Positions 28,625 to 38,453 of a DNA stretch of 64,000 nucleotides are shown in pieces. This DNA is from an uncultured delta proteobacterium (GTDB lineage Bacteria > Desulfobacterota > Desulfobaccia > Desulfobaccales > 0-14-0-80-60-11). The stretch is from contig CAWCOX010000008.1 of NCBI GenBank assembly GCA_963797235.1, forward strand, positions 115,764 to 179,763. Direction: 5' to 3'. The notes under the pieces were generated by a model. The model was given only the letters and a program-made list of their open reading frames with translations. It searched no databases and was not told the origin of the DNA. The position numbers and the translations under genes are program-made. Numbering within the stretch: position 1 is the stretch's first letter; each line of letters opens with the position of its first letter.

Positions 28625-30760
28625 ATGGCAACCTCCGAGCTGAACCTCAGCACCCTCTTCGCCCCCCGGGCCGTGGCGGTCATCGGCGCCAGCGGCCGCC
28701 CCGGCAGCGTCGGGCAGGCGGTCTTCGGCAACGTCCTGCAGCACAGTTACGCCGGCGTGGTCTACCCGGTCAATCCCCGGGCCGCCAGCGTCATGAGCGT
28801 CAAGACCTTCCCGTCGGTCCTGGCTATCCCCGACGAGGTAGACTTAGGCATCATCATCGTCCCCCGGGAGGCGGTCCCCCAAGTCATGGCGGAGTGCGGC
28901 GACAAGGGCATCAAGGCGGCCATCGTCATCACCGCGGGGTTCAAGGAACTGGGCGGAGCCGGCGTGGACCTGGAGCAACAAGTCTTGCAAGTCGCCCGCG
29001 AGCGGGGCATCCGCCTCCTGGGGCCCAACTGCCTGGGCATCATCAATGCGGCCCCCGAGGTTTCCCTGAACGGCTCCTTCGCCCGGCTGATGCCCCGGCC
29101 CGGCAACATCGCCCTGGTCTCCCAAAGCGGCGCAGTCGGCGTGGCGGCCCTGGAATACGCCCAGGGCGAAGAGATCGGCCTCTCCAAGTTCGTCTCCGTG
29201 GGCAACAAGGCCGACCTCAACGAAAACGATTTCCTCGCTTACCTGAAGGACGATCCCCAAACGGACGTCATCCTTTTCTATCTGGAAGACCTGGCCGAGC
29301 CCCGGCGCTTCTTCCAGTTGGCCCAGGAAATAACCTCCCAGGGCCCCCGGCCCAAACCCATTCTGGCCATCAAATCGGGCCGCACCGCGGCCGGGGCGAA
29401 GGCGGCCTCCAGCCACACCGGCGCCCTGGCCGGTTCCGATGAGGCCTACGACGCCCTCTTCGCCCAGTGCGGCGTCCTCAGGGTGGAATCCCTGGAGGAA
29501 CTCTTCGACTATGCCCTGGCCTTCGCCAATCAGCCCCTGCCCCGGGGCAACCGGGTGGCCATCGTCACCAACGCCGGCGGCCTGGGCATCATGGCGGTGG
29601 ACGCCTCGGTGCGCTACGGCCTGGAGATCGCCGCCCTGAATGAGGCCACCATCGAGAAGCTGCGCCAGGGCTTGCCGCCCGCGGCCAATATCCACAACCC
29701 GGTGGACGTCCTGGGGGATGGCAAGGAGGACCGCTACCGGGTGGCGCTGGACAGCGTGCTCCAGGACGACCAGGTAGACGGGGCCATCGTCATCTCCACC
29801 CCGCAGTTGATGACCGACCTGCCGGCCATTGCCGCCACCGTGGCCGCAGTGACGCCGCAATACGGCAAGCCCACGCTGGTCTGCCAGATGGCTCTGGGGG
29901 AGATCGAGGAGACCCTGGCTATCTGGACGAAGGCCAGGCTGCCCCATTACCATTTTCCGGAGGAAGCGGCCCGCTCCATGGGCGCCATGGCCCGCTACGC
30001 CGCCGGTATCATGCCCGCCAGCCACGAAGTCAAGTCCTTTACCGACCTGGACCGGGAGGCCCTGAAAACCCTGCTGGCCAAGGTGAGGGCCGCCGGTCGC
30101 CGCCACCTCCTGGAGCCCGAAGCCCATGAACTTTTCCGGGACTACGGCTTTCAGGTGGCCCCGGGCCATTGGGCCCACAGCGCCGAAGAAGCGGTCTGGG
30201 CCGCGGATGATCTGGGTTATCCGGTGGCCGTGAAGATCGTTTCCCCGGAGGTCATCCACAAGTTCGACGTGGGCGGGGTGCGGCTGAACCTGCCGGATGC
30301 CAAAGCGGTGAGCCAGGCCTATCGGGACATCCTGGCCGCAGTGGCCGCGGCCATGCCTGCGGCCGACCTCCAGGGGGCGCTGGTCCAGAAGATGGCCGCC
30401 AGGGGCCGGGAGACCATCCTGGGCATGACCCGGGACCCGCAGTTCGGGCCGCTCCTGATGTTCGGCCTGGGCGGCACCTACGTGGAGATCTTCAAGGACG
30501 TGATCTTCCGGATCGCCCCCATCTCCGAGCATTGGGCCGACAAGATGATCCGGGACCTCAAGGGTTTTCAGATCTTCACCGGCTATCGGGGTGAGCCGCC
30601 GGCGGACCTGGCGGCCGCGGCCGCCTGCCTGGAGCGCCTGTCGCAACTGGTCCTGGACTTCCCGGAGATCAAGGAGCTGGACATCAACCCGCTTCTGGTC
30701 CTCCCCGAGGGCCAGGGGACTCTGGTCCTGGACGCCCGGGTGTTTATCAGTGAACAGTAA
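28625..30760 (+). CDS. acetyl-CoA synthetase (ADP-forming), fused alpha/beta subunits
   Basis: CoA-binding AVIGASGRPGSVG, SQSGA, HTGALAG (phospho-His loop) and a C-terminal ATP-grasp. 711 aa. Confidence 0.9.
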   Translation: MATSELNLSTLFAPRAVAVIGASGRPGSVGQAVFGNVLQHSYAGVVYPVNPRAASVMSVKTFPSVLAIPDEVDLGIIIVPREAVPQVMAECGDKGIKAAIVITAGFKELGGAGVDLEQQVLQVARERGIRLLGPNCLGIINAAPEVSLNGSFARLMPRPGNIALVSQSGAVGVAALEYAQGEEIGLSKFVSVGNKADLNENDFLAYLKDDPQTDVILFYLEDLAEPRRFFQLAQEITSQGPRPKPILAIKSGRTAAGAKAASSHTGALAGSDEAYDALFAQCGVLRVESLEELFDYALAFANQPLPRGNRVAIVTNAGGLGIMAVDASVRYGLEIAALNEATIEKLRQGLPPAANIHNPVDVLGDGKEDRYRVALDSVLQDDQVDGAIVISTPQLMTDLPAIAATVAAVTPQYGKPTLVCQMALGEIEETLAIWTKARLPHYHFPEEAARSMGAMARYAAGIMPASHEVKSFTDLDREALKTLLAKVRAAGRRHLLEPEAHELFRDYGFQVAPGHWAHSAEEAVWAADDLGYPVAVKIVSPEVIHKFDVGGVRLNLPDAKAVSQAYRDILAAVAAAMPAADLQGALVQKMAARGRETILGMTRDPQFGPLLMFGLGGTYVEIFKDVIFRIAPISEHWADKMIRDLKGFQIFTGYRGEPPADLAAAAACLERLSQLVLDFPEIKELDINPLLVLPEGQGTLVLDARVFISEQ

Positions 30761-30772
30761 GTGAAGTGAGCA

Positions 30773-30800
30773 GTAGGGGCGGCTCGCGAGCCGCCCCTAC
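30773..30800. repeat. GTAGGGGC-hairpin-GCCCCTAC REP-like element
   Basis: gtaggggcggctcgcgagccgcccctac is preceded by degenerate CAGTNNN heptamers (30748-30772). Confidence 0.85.
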
Positions 30801-30863
30801 AACGCCACATCTTGTTGCAGCCGCAGACTTTAGCCTGCCCCAGCAGCCCATGGAAGGAATAAA

Positions 30864-31712
30864 ATGGTCCAGCTTAGCAAACTGTTCAAGCCGGTGGCAT
30901 CCATGGAGGCCGACGAAGCCCGGGATTACATGGCCACCCATCAGGAAGGCGATTATCTCATCCTGGACGTCCGCCAACCCGGGGAATACGAAGAGGCCCA
31001 TATCCCCGGGGGCAAACTCCTGCCACTGCCGGAACTGGCCAACTCCTACCAGACCCTGGACCCGGAAAAGCCGACCATCGTGCATTGTGCCATTGGCGGG
31101 CGCAGCCGGGTGGCGGCCCAGATGCTCTCCGGCCTCGGCTTCAAAGAAGTCTATAACCTGGCCGGGGGCATCAAGGCCTATCAAGGCCAGAAGGCCGCCG
31201 GCCCCCAGGAACTGAACCTCGATCTGGTGCGGGGCGACGAAACCCCAACGGAAATCACCTCCCTGGCCTGCGGCCTGGAACGGACCCTGCAACTCTTCTA
31301 TGAGACCATGCTGGGCCGGACGCGGGATGCGGAACTCAAGGACCTGTTCGTGCAACTGGCCCAGGCGGAGGAACACCACCGGCAAAGGTTGCGGGAGCTT
31401 TATCAGCAGCTGGAGCCAGCCGGGCCGGAGGCGGCTGCCTGTTCGGGTACCGCGGCCTCCGAGACCCTGGAAGGCGGCTTCAACCTGAAGGAATTCCTGG
31501 CGGCTAACGAGGCTCACCTGGATACTGTGCCTCAGGTCCTGGATCTGGCCATGATGCTGGAGACCCAGGCCCTGGACCTCTACCTGCGCCTGGCCGACCG
31601 CTGCGCTCAGGCTGCCGCCAAGTCCATCCTGTTCGCCATCGCCGACGAAGAGAAGCTTCACCTGGCCCGGCTGGGGCGGCTCCTGGAAGAAAAACTGGCG
31701 GCCCGAGGCTAG
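30864..31712 (+). CDS. rhodanese domain fused to a ferritin-like four-helix domain
   Basis: Rhodanese loop IVHCAIGGRS. The C-terminal half carries E-x2-H pairs (LAQAEEHH, IADEEKLH). Confidence 0.75.
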   Translation: MVQLSKLFKPVASMEADEARDYMATHQEGDYLILDVRQPGEYEEAHIPGGKLLPLPELANSYQTLDPEKPTIVHCAIGGRSRVAAQMLSGLGFKEVYNLAGGIKAYQGQKAAGPQELNLDLVRGDETPTEITSLACGLERTLQLFYETMLGRTRDAELKDLFVQLAQAEEHHRQRLRELYQQLEPAGPEAAACSGTAASETLEGGFNLKEFLAANEAHLDTVPQVLDLAMMLETQALDLYLRLADRCAQAAAKSILFAIADEEKLHLARLGRLLEEKLAARG

Positions 31713-31715
31713 CTG

Positions 31716-32522
31716 ATGGCAATCACGGTAATGGAAGTCCTGAAACGCCTGCCCCGCACCAATTGCGGCGACTGCGGTCAGGCCACCTGCCTGGCCTTCG
31801 CCACCCGGGTGATCAAGGAAGGGGAAGACCTGGGGAAATGCCCGCACCTGATGGCCGGCGACGAATTCAGCCAATTGATCCGGTCCCAGCAGCAGGCCGG
31901 GGTCGGCCGGCGCCGGGAGTCCGTGGCCATCTCGCTGGAGGTTCTGCAGGAAAAAGTGGCGCCGCTGGACCTCAAAGCCCTGGCCGCCGGGCTGGGCGCC
32001 GACTATGGCGAGGAGGCCGGCCGGCCCTATCTGGCCATGCCTTATTTCGGCTTCTGCGTGCAAGTCTTCAAGGATGAATTGCGCTATCCCCCCGGGGCCC
32101 TGGCCGACCCCTGGGACGCCATCCTGCTCTATAATTACCTCGCCTCCGGGGGCAGCCGGGTGCCGGTGGGGGACTGGATCGCCTATAACAGCCTGCCCAA
32201 CTCCGTGTCCAAGACCAAGACCCTGGCGAGGCTGGAGCGGGAACTGGCGGCCCATTTCAGCGGCCGGGCTTCCGACTTAAAGGACCGGGCCGGCCAAATG
32301 GGAGCCGAACCGGTCGCGGTGGGCGGCGAAGACGCCGACGTTCAGGCCGTCTTCCGGCCGCTGCCGCGGGTCCCCGTCCTGCTGCTTTTCTGGGATGCCG
32401 ACCCGGAGGAAGGCTTCGAGGCCCAGGGCCGCTTCCTCTTCGACGCCAGCGTCACCGACTACCTGGACCTGGAGGCCATGCTCTTTCTGGTGGAGCACCT
32501 GCTGGCGAGGCTGATGAGTTGA
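31716..32522 (+). CDS. Fe-S-binding N-terminal domain plus DUF3786 protein
   Basis: RTNCGDCGQATCLAFATRVIKEGEDLGKCP (C-x2-C-x4-C-x16-C, as in corrinoid/FeS protein N-termini). Confidence 0.7.
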   Translation: MAITVMEVLKRLPRTNCGDCGQATCLAFATRVIKEGEDLGKCPHLMAGDEFSQLIRSQQQAGVGRRRESVAISLEVLQEKVAPLDLKALAAGLGADYGEEAGRPYLAMPYFGFCVQVFKDELRYPPGALADPWDAILLYNYLASGGSRVPVGDWIAYNSLPNSVSKTKTLARLERELAAHFSGRASDLKDRAGQMGAEPVAVGGEDADVQAVFRPLPRVPVLLLFWDADPEEGFEAQGRFLFDASVTDYLDLEAMLFLVEHLLARLMS

Positions 32523-32561
32523 GGTTGCCTAAAGGCGAACACAAGGTTCGCCCCTACTCAT

Positions 32562-34061
32562 CTAACCCAGCCGTTCCGGCCCGGCGGTAATGCTTTTGCC
32601 GGCTGCGGCGGCGATGGCCAGGAGCATTCCCCGGTAAATCCGGCGGTGAAACGGTTCCAGGGCATACCAATAGGCCAGGCCCCCCAGGCCCCGGGGCAGG
32701 AAGCGGGCCACCATGGTCAGCTCCGTCTCGCCCTCGCACCGGGAGGCGAGGCGGAATTCCAGGGTAGCCTCCCCGGGCAGCTTCATCTCCGCCAGCAGCA
32801 GCAAGCGCCGGTCCGGTTCCATCTCCAGAACCCGAAAGAAATCGAGGGCATCACCCACCTGAAGCTTTTGCGGCTGGCGCCGGCCCCGCTGCAACCCCAT
32901 CCCGCCGACCAGGCGATCCATCAGCCCCCGGAGCTTCCAGAGAAAATTGCCGAAATACCAGCCGGTGGCGCCGCCGACCCTGGTGATCTGCTCCCAGAGT
33001 TCCGGCGGCCCGGCGTGCAGCCGCAGGCGATAGCCCAGACTGAGTATGGTACCTCCGGCAAAGTCGGCGTCGCCGCATTGGGCCCACTCCGGCGGAATGA
33101 TACGGCCGGCGTCGCTCCAGCAGGTTTCCACCCGCTGCTGCTCGATCCGTTGCAGGGCCAGACGGATAGTGCTGCGGCAGTCCAAAAGCTCTTGGGGAAT
33201 CAGGGAGCGGATGCGATTGTCCCGGCAAACCACCGGGGTGGCCAAGCCTTCGGCCAGGGGCTGAGCCAGGGAGGCGGGCACCGGGGTGACCAGATGGATC
33301 CAGTAGGAGCTCAGTTTCGGGGTGAGCACCGGCACCGGAATGATGAGGCGCCGGGGCAGACGGGCCTCTGCGGCGTAAAGGTCGAACAGGCGGCGGTAAG
33401 TCACCACTTCGGGGCCCCCGATGTCGAAGGTCTGCCCCTTGACTGCCTCGACCTCCAGACAGCCGATCAGGTAGGCGAGGACGTTGCGGATGGCGATGGG
33501 CTGCACCGGGTTGTGGACCCAGCGCGGCGTGAGCATCACCGGCAGGCGGTCCACCAGGTAGCGCATGATTTCGAAGGAGGCGCTGCCCGACCCCAGGATC
33601 ATGGCGGCCCGGAGGACGGTGGCCGGCACCGGGCCGGATTGCAGTATCCTGGCCACCTCCAGGCGAGAACGGAGATGCTCGCTCAGGTGCGGATCGTCCC
33701 AATCTCCCAGTCCGCCCAGGTAAATGAGTCGCTCCAGGCCCGCACCCGCCGTGGCCTGGACCATGTTTTGGGCCGCTTGCCGATCGGTTTGGGCAAAATC
33801 ACCGCGGCCGCCCATGGAGTGCACCAGGTAGAAGGCCGCGGCGCAGCCCTGGGCCGCTCGTTGCAGGGATTCCAGGTCCAGGACATCGCCCTGGGCCACC
33901 TCCAGGTTGGGGTGACCACCCCAGGGGCGGCCTCTTAATTTGGCCACAGACCGTCCCAGAGCCCGGACCCGGTAGCCCGCTGCCAGCAAGCGGGGTGCCA
34001 GTCGGCCCCCCACGTACCCGGTAGCGCCGGTGACCAGGACGGGTTTTGGCGGCATAGTCAT
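32562..34061 (-). CDS. NAD(P)H-binding SDR/NmrA-like protein fused to DUF2867
   Basis: VLVTGATGYVGG. 499 aa. Confidence 0.75.
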   Translation of the reverse strand: MTMPPKPVLVTGATGYVGGRLAPRLLAAGYRVRALGRSVAKLRGRPWGGHPNLEVAQGDVLDLESLQRAAQGCAAAFYLVHSMGGRGDFAQTDRQAAQNMVQATAGAGLERLIYLGGLGDWDDPHLSEHLRSRLEVARILQSGPVPATVLRAAMILGSGSASFEIMRYLVDRLPVMLTPRWVHNPVQPIAIRNVLAYLIGCLEVEAVKGQTFDIGGPEVVTYRRLFDLYAAEARLPRRLIIPVPVLTPKLSSYWIHLVTPVPASLAQPLAEGLATPVVCRDNRIRSLIPQELLDCRSTIRLALQRIEQQRVETCWSDAGRIIPPEWAQCGDADFAGGTILSLGYRLRLHAGPPELWEQITRVGGATGWYFGNFLWKLRGLMDRLVGGMGLQRGRRQPQKLQVGDALDFFRVLEMEPDRRLLLLAEMKLPGEATLEFRLASRCEGETELTMVARFLPRGLGGLAYWYALEPFHRRIYRGMLLAIAAAAGKSITAGPERLG

Positions 34062-34124
34062 ACCCTCATGAATAGCAGGCAGCCGCAGGCTTTAGCCTGC
34101 GCCTCTCCGGGAAGAGATTGGCGA

Positions 34125-35073
34125 TCAGGCATGATGCCGCAGCCTCACTTCCAGGGGATGCGGGTTGAGATAGGTCTGCCCCTTGAGGTACGGCTCCTGA
34201 TACTGCCGCACATAATGATTGATCAGGGTTAGCGGCACGACCAAGGGCGCCTCGCCCCGCCGGTAAGAGTCGATGGCCGCCAGCGCTTCCTGCTGGTCAG
34301 TGCCGCTTAACTGCTTCTTGAAATAGCCCAGCAAGTGGTAGAGGACGTTGGCGTTTTTGCTGGCCGTGGCCTTGAGGCGCAAGGCCGCCAACGCCAGGGC
34401 CTGGTAGCCGGCCAACAGCTGCGGCATCGCCAACTCTCGCGCTTGAGCCACCCATTGGCCCATTTGGCGGTAATGCTCGGTGCTATGGGCCAGGAGCTGG
34501 TACTTGTGCCGCGTGTGGAAGGCTACCAGATCGCCGCGGCCGGGCTTTTTAGTCAGCAACTCCCGCCAGCGCCGCCAGAAAAAGAGCCGTTCGAGGAAGT
34601 TTTCCCGGAATTCCGGGTCATAAAGCCGGCTCTCGTCGGCCGCCGGCAATAGCGGGAATTGCACCATGAAGGCCCGGGCAAAGAGCCCAGCGCCCCGTCC
34701 CGCGATCCTCCCCTGGTCATCATGGAGCTTCACCCGGGCCGGACCGCAGCTCGGGGATTTGCTTTTAAAAATGAAGCCGGCCAGGTCCTCGGCTGCCAGT
34801 TCCGGTAACTTTCTGCCGGTCCAGGCCTGCAGGCGTTCGGTCAGTTCCTGCCCGGTACGCACCGTGAGGAGCCGCGGGGCCTCAGGGCCTCCCACCAGGC
34901 GCATGGGCTCCCGGGGCACTCCCAGGCCACACTCCGCCTCCGGGCACACCGGCACGAATTCCAGGTAGCGCCCCAGGGTGTCGGTGAGGAAGCGGTCCCA
35001 GCGGTAGTCCGCCGTCGTAGCGCACCTTTGCCCCTACGAGGCAGGCGCTGATGCCCAATTTAATTGGTGACAT
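34125..35073 (-). pseudogene. DUF523-DUF1722 (YbgA-like) protein with one frameshift near 35010
   Basis: MSPIKLGISACLVGAKVRYDGG in one frame. DYRWDRFLTDTLGRYLEFVPVCPEAECGLGVPREPMRL... continues in the next frame. Confidence 0.75.
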
Positions 35074-35119
35074 AGGTTCTTTTCCCTCAAAAATAAATAT
35101 ATAATAAATATTTTAAATT

Positions 35120-35147
35120 GGACAGCCAGGGCTCGGCCAGGCTGTCC
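35120..35147. repeat. GGACAGCC hairpin
   Basis: ggacagcc-agggctcggcca-ggctgtcc lies upstream of phaE. Confidence 0.7.
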
Positions 35148-35181
35148 CGTTAATCAATTACCTGGATCGTTGAAGACAAAC

Positions 35182-36064
35182 ATGGACCTGGAACGACCTC
35201 GAAAACCCGCCCCTGAGCCGCTACTGGCCGCCTGGATCAAGTGGACCATGGATTTTTGGGAAGACCTGGCCCATATGGGCCCGGGCCTGAACGGGACCGG
35301 AGCCGAAACCACCGGCTCCCAGGCCGAAGGCTCCCTGGCCGCCTTGACCCTCTGGCAGGCCTTCTTTTCCCTGCTCAGCGAACCGGAGACCGTGGCCGCG
35401 GTCTTTAACGGCATCAAGGCCCCTTCGGAGGTCATCCTAAAGATCGCCCAGGCAGGCTGGAGCGGCTATTTCTATCTGCACCAGCAATGGCTGGAGGGCC
35501 TCGACCCGGAGACTTCTCCGGATGAGTCTTGCGGTTTCGAAAACCTGGACCAGGAAATCTTCAAGATCTGCACCGAATTCTACGAAAAAGACTTCCGGGA
35601 ATTGCTGAACATGCCCCAGATGACCCGCCTGCCCCAAGAGGGGCTGAACCGGGCCATGGATAAATTCGGTCAGTTCCAGAGCGCCATGGCTGAATTCATA
35701 TACCTGCTCTTTCTGCCGCTGAAGAAGTCCCTGCGGGATATGCGCGGGGTGTTGGAGGAGGGCGGCCGCCCGCTGGAGGACTTTAAAGAATATTACCGCA
35801 AGTGGCTGCGGGTTCTGGAGGGCCATTACATGACCCTCTTCAAGTCGCCGGAGTGCACCCGCACCATGAGCCACACCTTGAACGTCCCTGGAAGATTTCA
35901 ACGTGGCCAAACAGGCCCTGCTGTCCGAGGCCCTGGCTGCTCTGCCCATCCCCTCCCACCGTGACATGGAAGACCTCTACCGGGAAATCTACCTGCTGAA
36001 AAAGCAGGTCAAGGCCCTGTCGAAACAGCCGGCGTTCCCGCCGGCCGGCCCTGGGGAATCCTGA
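35182..36064 (+). pseudogene. phaE: class III PHA synthase subunit PhaE with one frameshift at the CCC run 35886-35888
   Basis: After ...MSHTLNV the sequence continues in the next frame (LEDFNVAKQALLSEALAALPIPSHRDMEDLYREIYLLKKQVKAL...). It ends in a TGATG overlap with the phaC start. Confidence 0.65.
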
Positions 36065-37140
36065 TGGACCGGACCAAGATTCCCCTCGACCTGATCCGGG
36101 AGAAACTGGCCGTCGAGGCGGAACGGGCCAGGCACCGCCTGGAGAAGGCCAAAGATATCCTGCTGGGCCCCCTGAATACCGAGATCGGCGCCACGCCCTA
36201 CGAGGTCGTCTATGCCGAGGACCGCATCCGGCTGAAGCACTACCTGCCGACCGCCGCCCCGCGGCTTAAGACCCCCTTGCTCCTGGTGCAGGCCCTGTTC
36301 AACCGGGAAACCATCCTGGACCTGCAGCCGGACCGCAGCGTGGTGCGCAATTTCCTCAAAGAAGGAGTGGAGGTTTACCTCGTGGAATGGGGCGATCCCG
36401 GCCCGGTGGACCGCTACCTCACCCTGGACGACCATATCGGCGGCTATCTGAATAATCTGGTCGATTTCATTCGGCAGCGCCACGGCCTGCCCCGGGTAAA
36501 CCTGATGGGGGTCTGTATGGGCGGGACCTTCTGCGTCATGTACGCCGCCCTTTTCCCTGAGAAGGTCCAGAATCTGATCCCCACGGTGACCCCCACCAAT
36601 TTCGACACCGATAAGGGGCTGCTGCACCTCTGGCTCAAGGAGATCGACGTGGACCGCCTGGTGGGCGCCTTCGGCAATGTGCCCGGCAATCTCCTGACCA
36701 TCGGTTATCTCCTCCTCAATCCGGCCCGGATGCTTTTCGACAAGTACGTCGGCTTCCTGGAAAACATGGATTCCAAGGAGTTCGTGGAGAACTTCATCCG
36801 CATGGAGAAGTGGATCTTCGACACCCCGGCGGTGCCCGGCGAAACCCTCCGGCAGCTGATCAAAGACCTTTATCAACAGAATCTCCTCATTGAGAGCCGA
36901 ATGGAACTGGGAGGAGTGCGCCTCGACCTGCAGCGGCTCACCATGCCGGTATTGAATATTTACGCCAAATACGACCACCTGGTGCCGCCGGAGGCCTGCC
37001 AGCTCCTGACCCAGCGGGTGGGAAGCCAAGATACCGAGGACATCTGCCTGGACACCGGCCACATCGGCATTTATGTGGGGTCCCAATTTCAGAAGGAGTT
37101 GGTGCCCCGGATTGCTAGTTGGCTGATAGCAAGGGATTAA
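36064..37140 (+). CDS. phaC: class III poly(R)-hydroxyalkanoate synthase PhaC
   Basis: 358 aa with lipase-box variant GVCMGG. Confidence 0.85.
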   Translation: MDRTKIPLDLIREKLAVEAERARHRLEKAKDILLGPLNTEIGATPYEVVYAEDRIRLKHYLPTAAPRLKTPLLLVQALFNRETILDLQPDRSVVRNFLKEGVEVYLVEWGDPGPVDRYLTLDDHIGGYLNNLVDFIRQRHGLPRVNLMGVCMGGTFCVMYAALFPEKVQNLIPTVTPTNFDTDKGLLHLWLKEIDVDRLVGAFGNVPGNLLTIGYLLLNPARMLFDKYVGFLENMDSKEFVENFIRMEKWIFDTPAVPGETLRQLIKDLYQQNLLIESRMELGGVRLDLQRLTMPVLNIYAKYDHLVPPEACQLLTQRVGSQDTEDICLDTGHIGIYVGSQFQKELVPRIASWLIARD

Positions 37141-37242
37141 CGGAGTCGCTGGCTTGTGCCTGCGTTTGGTTGGCCCATGGTGCAAAGACGCAGGCTAAAG
37201 CCTGCGGCTACCAAAAGGATCTCGAAACTCAAAGGCGTTAAC

Positions 37243-38295
37243 ATGGCCCCCAAGACCAATTATTTCAAAACCATGTGTAATCTCGGCCGGGCCTTCGGGA
37301 CCGCCCGGGACCGCTACGAACTCCTGGATCTCATCTTCCAGAGCGCCATGGAGACCCTGAAAGGCAAGGCCGCCTGTCTCTACCTCATCGTCACCGGCCG
37401 AGAAGAACTGGTGCCGGTGGCCCAAAAGGGCCTGTCCGAGGCCTATTTCCGGTCCCGGAAGTCCAGGCTGGCTCGTGAGATTGTGCCCCTCCTCCAGGAA
37501 GAAGGCTATTTCTACACCCAGGTGGCCGCGGCCGACCCCCAGGTGGACCAGCCCGAAGCCAAGCTGGCGGAAGGCATCGCCGCCATCCTATCGGTGCCGG
37601 TGCTGGTCAAGGGGCGGATCATCGGGGTCTTTTGCCTCTTTACCGACAGCCCCAGGGAGTTCAGCGAAGACGAGCGGGAATTCCTCACGCTGCTGGCTCA
37701 GCAGGGCGGCGGGATTATGGAGCATGCCCACCTCATCGACCAGTTGCGCCAGGAAACCAAGCTCTTTTTCGACCTGGCGGTCAACCTCAGCAGCAGCCTG
37801 GACGTCAAAGAGATTCTCACGGGCATGACCAGCGAACTGGCCGTGGCCCTCAGAGTGAAGGCCGCTTCCATCCGTCTGCTGGATGAGCGCGAGGAAAACC
37901 TGGAACTGGTGGCCTCCTGCTGCCTGAGCGACCGCTACCTGAATAAAGGCCCGGTGGCGGCCAAAAAGAGCATCGCCCAGACCCTCTCCGGCGGCCAACC
38001 GGTCTTCATTGCCAACGCGGTCACGGACAGAAGGGTGCAGTACCGCAAAGAGGTCAAGGAAGAGGGCATCGTCTCCATCCTGTCCGTGCCCATCAAGACC
38101 AAGGAAAAGGTGATCGGGGTGCTGCGGCTTTACAGCGGGGTGCAGCGGCCCTACACCAAGGATGAGATTATGTTGGTCACCACCCTGGCCTATCTGGGCG
38201 GCCTGGCTATCCAGAACGCCTCCCTCTACCTGATGTGCCAGTCGGATATGAAGAATTTAAAGGACGAACTCTGGAGCCACCGTTCCTGGTTTTAG
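37243..38295 (+). CDS. tandem GAF-domain protein
   Basis: Two GAF-like halves (SVPVLVKGRIIGVFCLF..., SVPIKTKEKVIGVLRLY...). Confidence 0.7.
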   Translation: MAPKTNYFKTMCNLGRAFGTARDRYELLDLIFQSAMETLKGKAACLYLIVTGREELVPVAQKGLSEAYFRSRKSRLAREIVPLLQEEGYFYTQVAAADPQVDQPEAKLAEGIAAILSVPVLVKGRIIGVFCLFTDSPREFSEDEREFLTLLAQQGGGIMEHAHLIDQLRQETKLFFDLAVNLSSSLDVKEILTGMTSELAVALRVKAASIRLLDEREENLELVASCCLSDRYLNKGPVAAKKSIAQTLSGGQPVFIANAVTDRRVQYRKEVKEEGIVSILSVPIKTKEKVIGVLRLYSGVQRPYTKDEIMLVTTLAYLGGLAIQNASLYLMCQSDMKNLKDELWSHRSWF

Positions 38296-38302
38296 AAGCG
38301 GT

Positions 38303-38447
38303 CAGCTATCAGCCATCAGCTTTCAGCAAATGCTTAATTGAGGGGCGAACCTGGGTTCGCCCCGATTGGTTTGGGGATGAAAAAAAAGGGCGGTTCGAGG
38401 ACCGCCCCTGCAAAAGCTTGTCGATTTTTCGGCGGCCACAGGCCGCC
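38303..38447. repeat. CAGCNNN heptamer array followed by three GC hairpins
   Basis: cagctat cagccat cagcttt cagcaaa. Then ggggcgaacctgggttcgcccc, gggcggttcgaggaccgccc and ggcggccacaggccgcc-ctat. Confidence 0.8.
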
Positions 38448-38453
38448 CTATAA

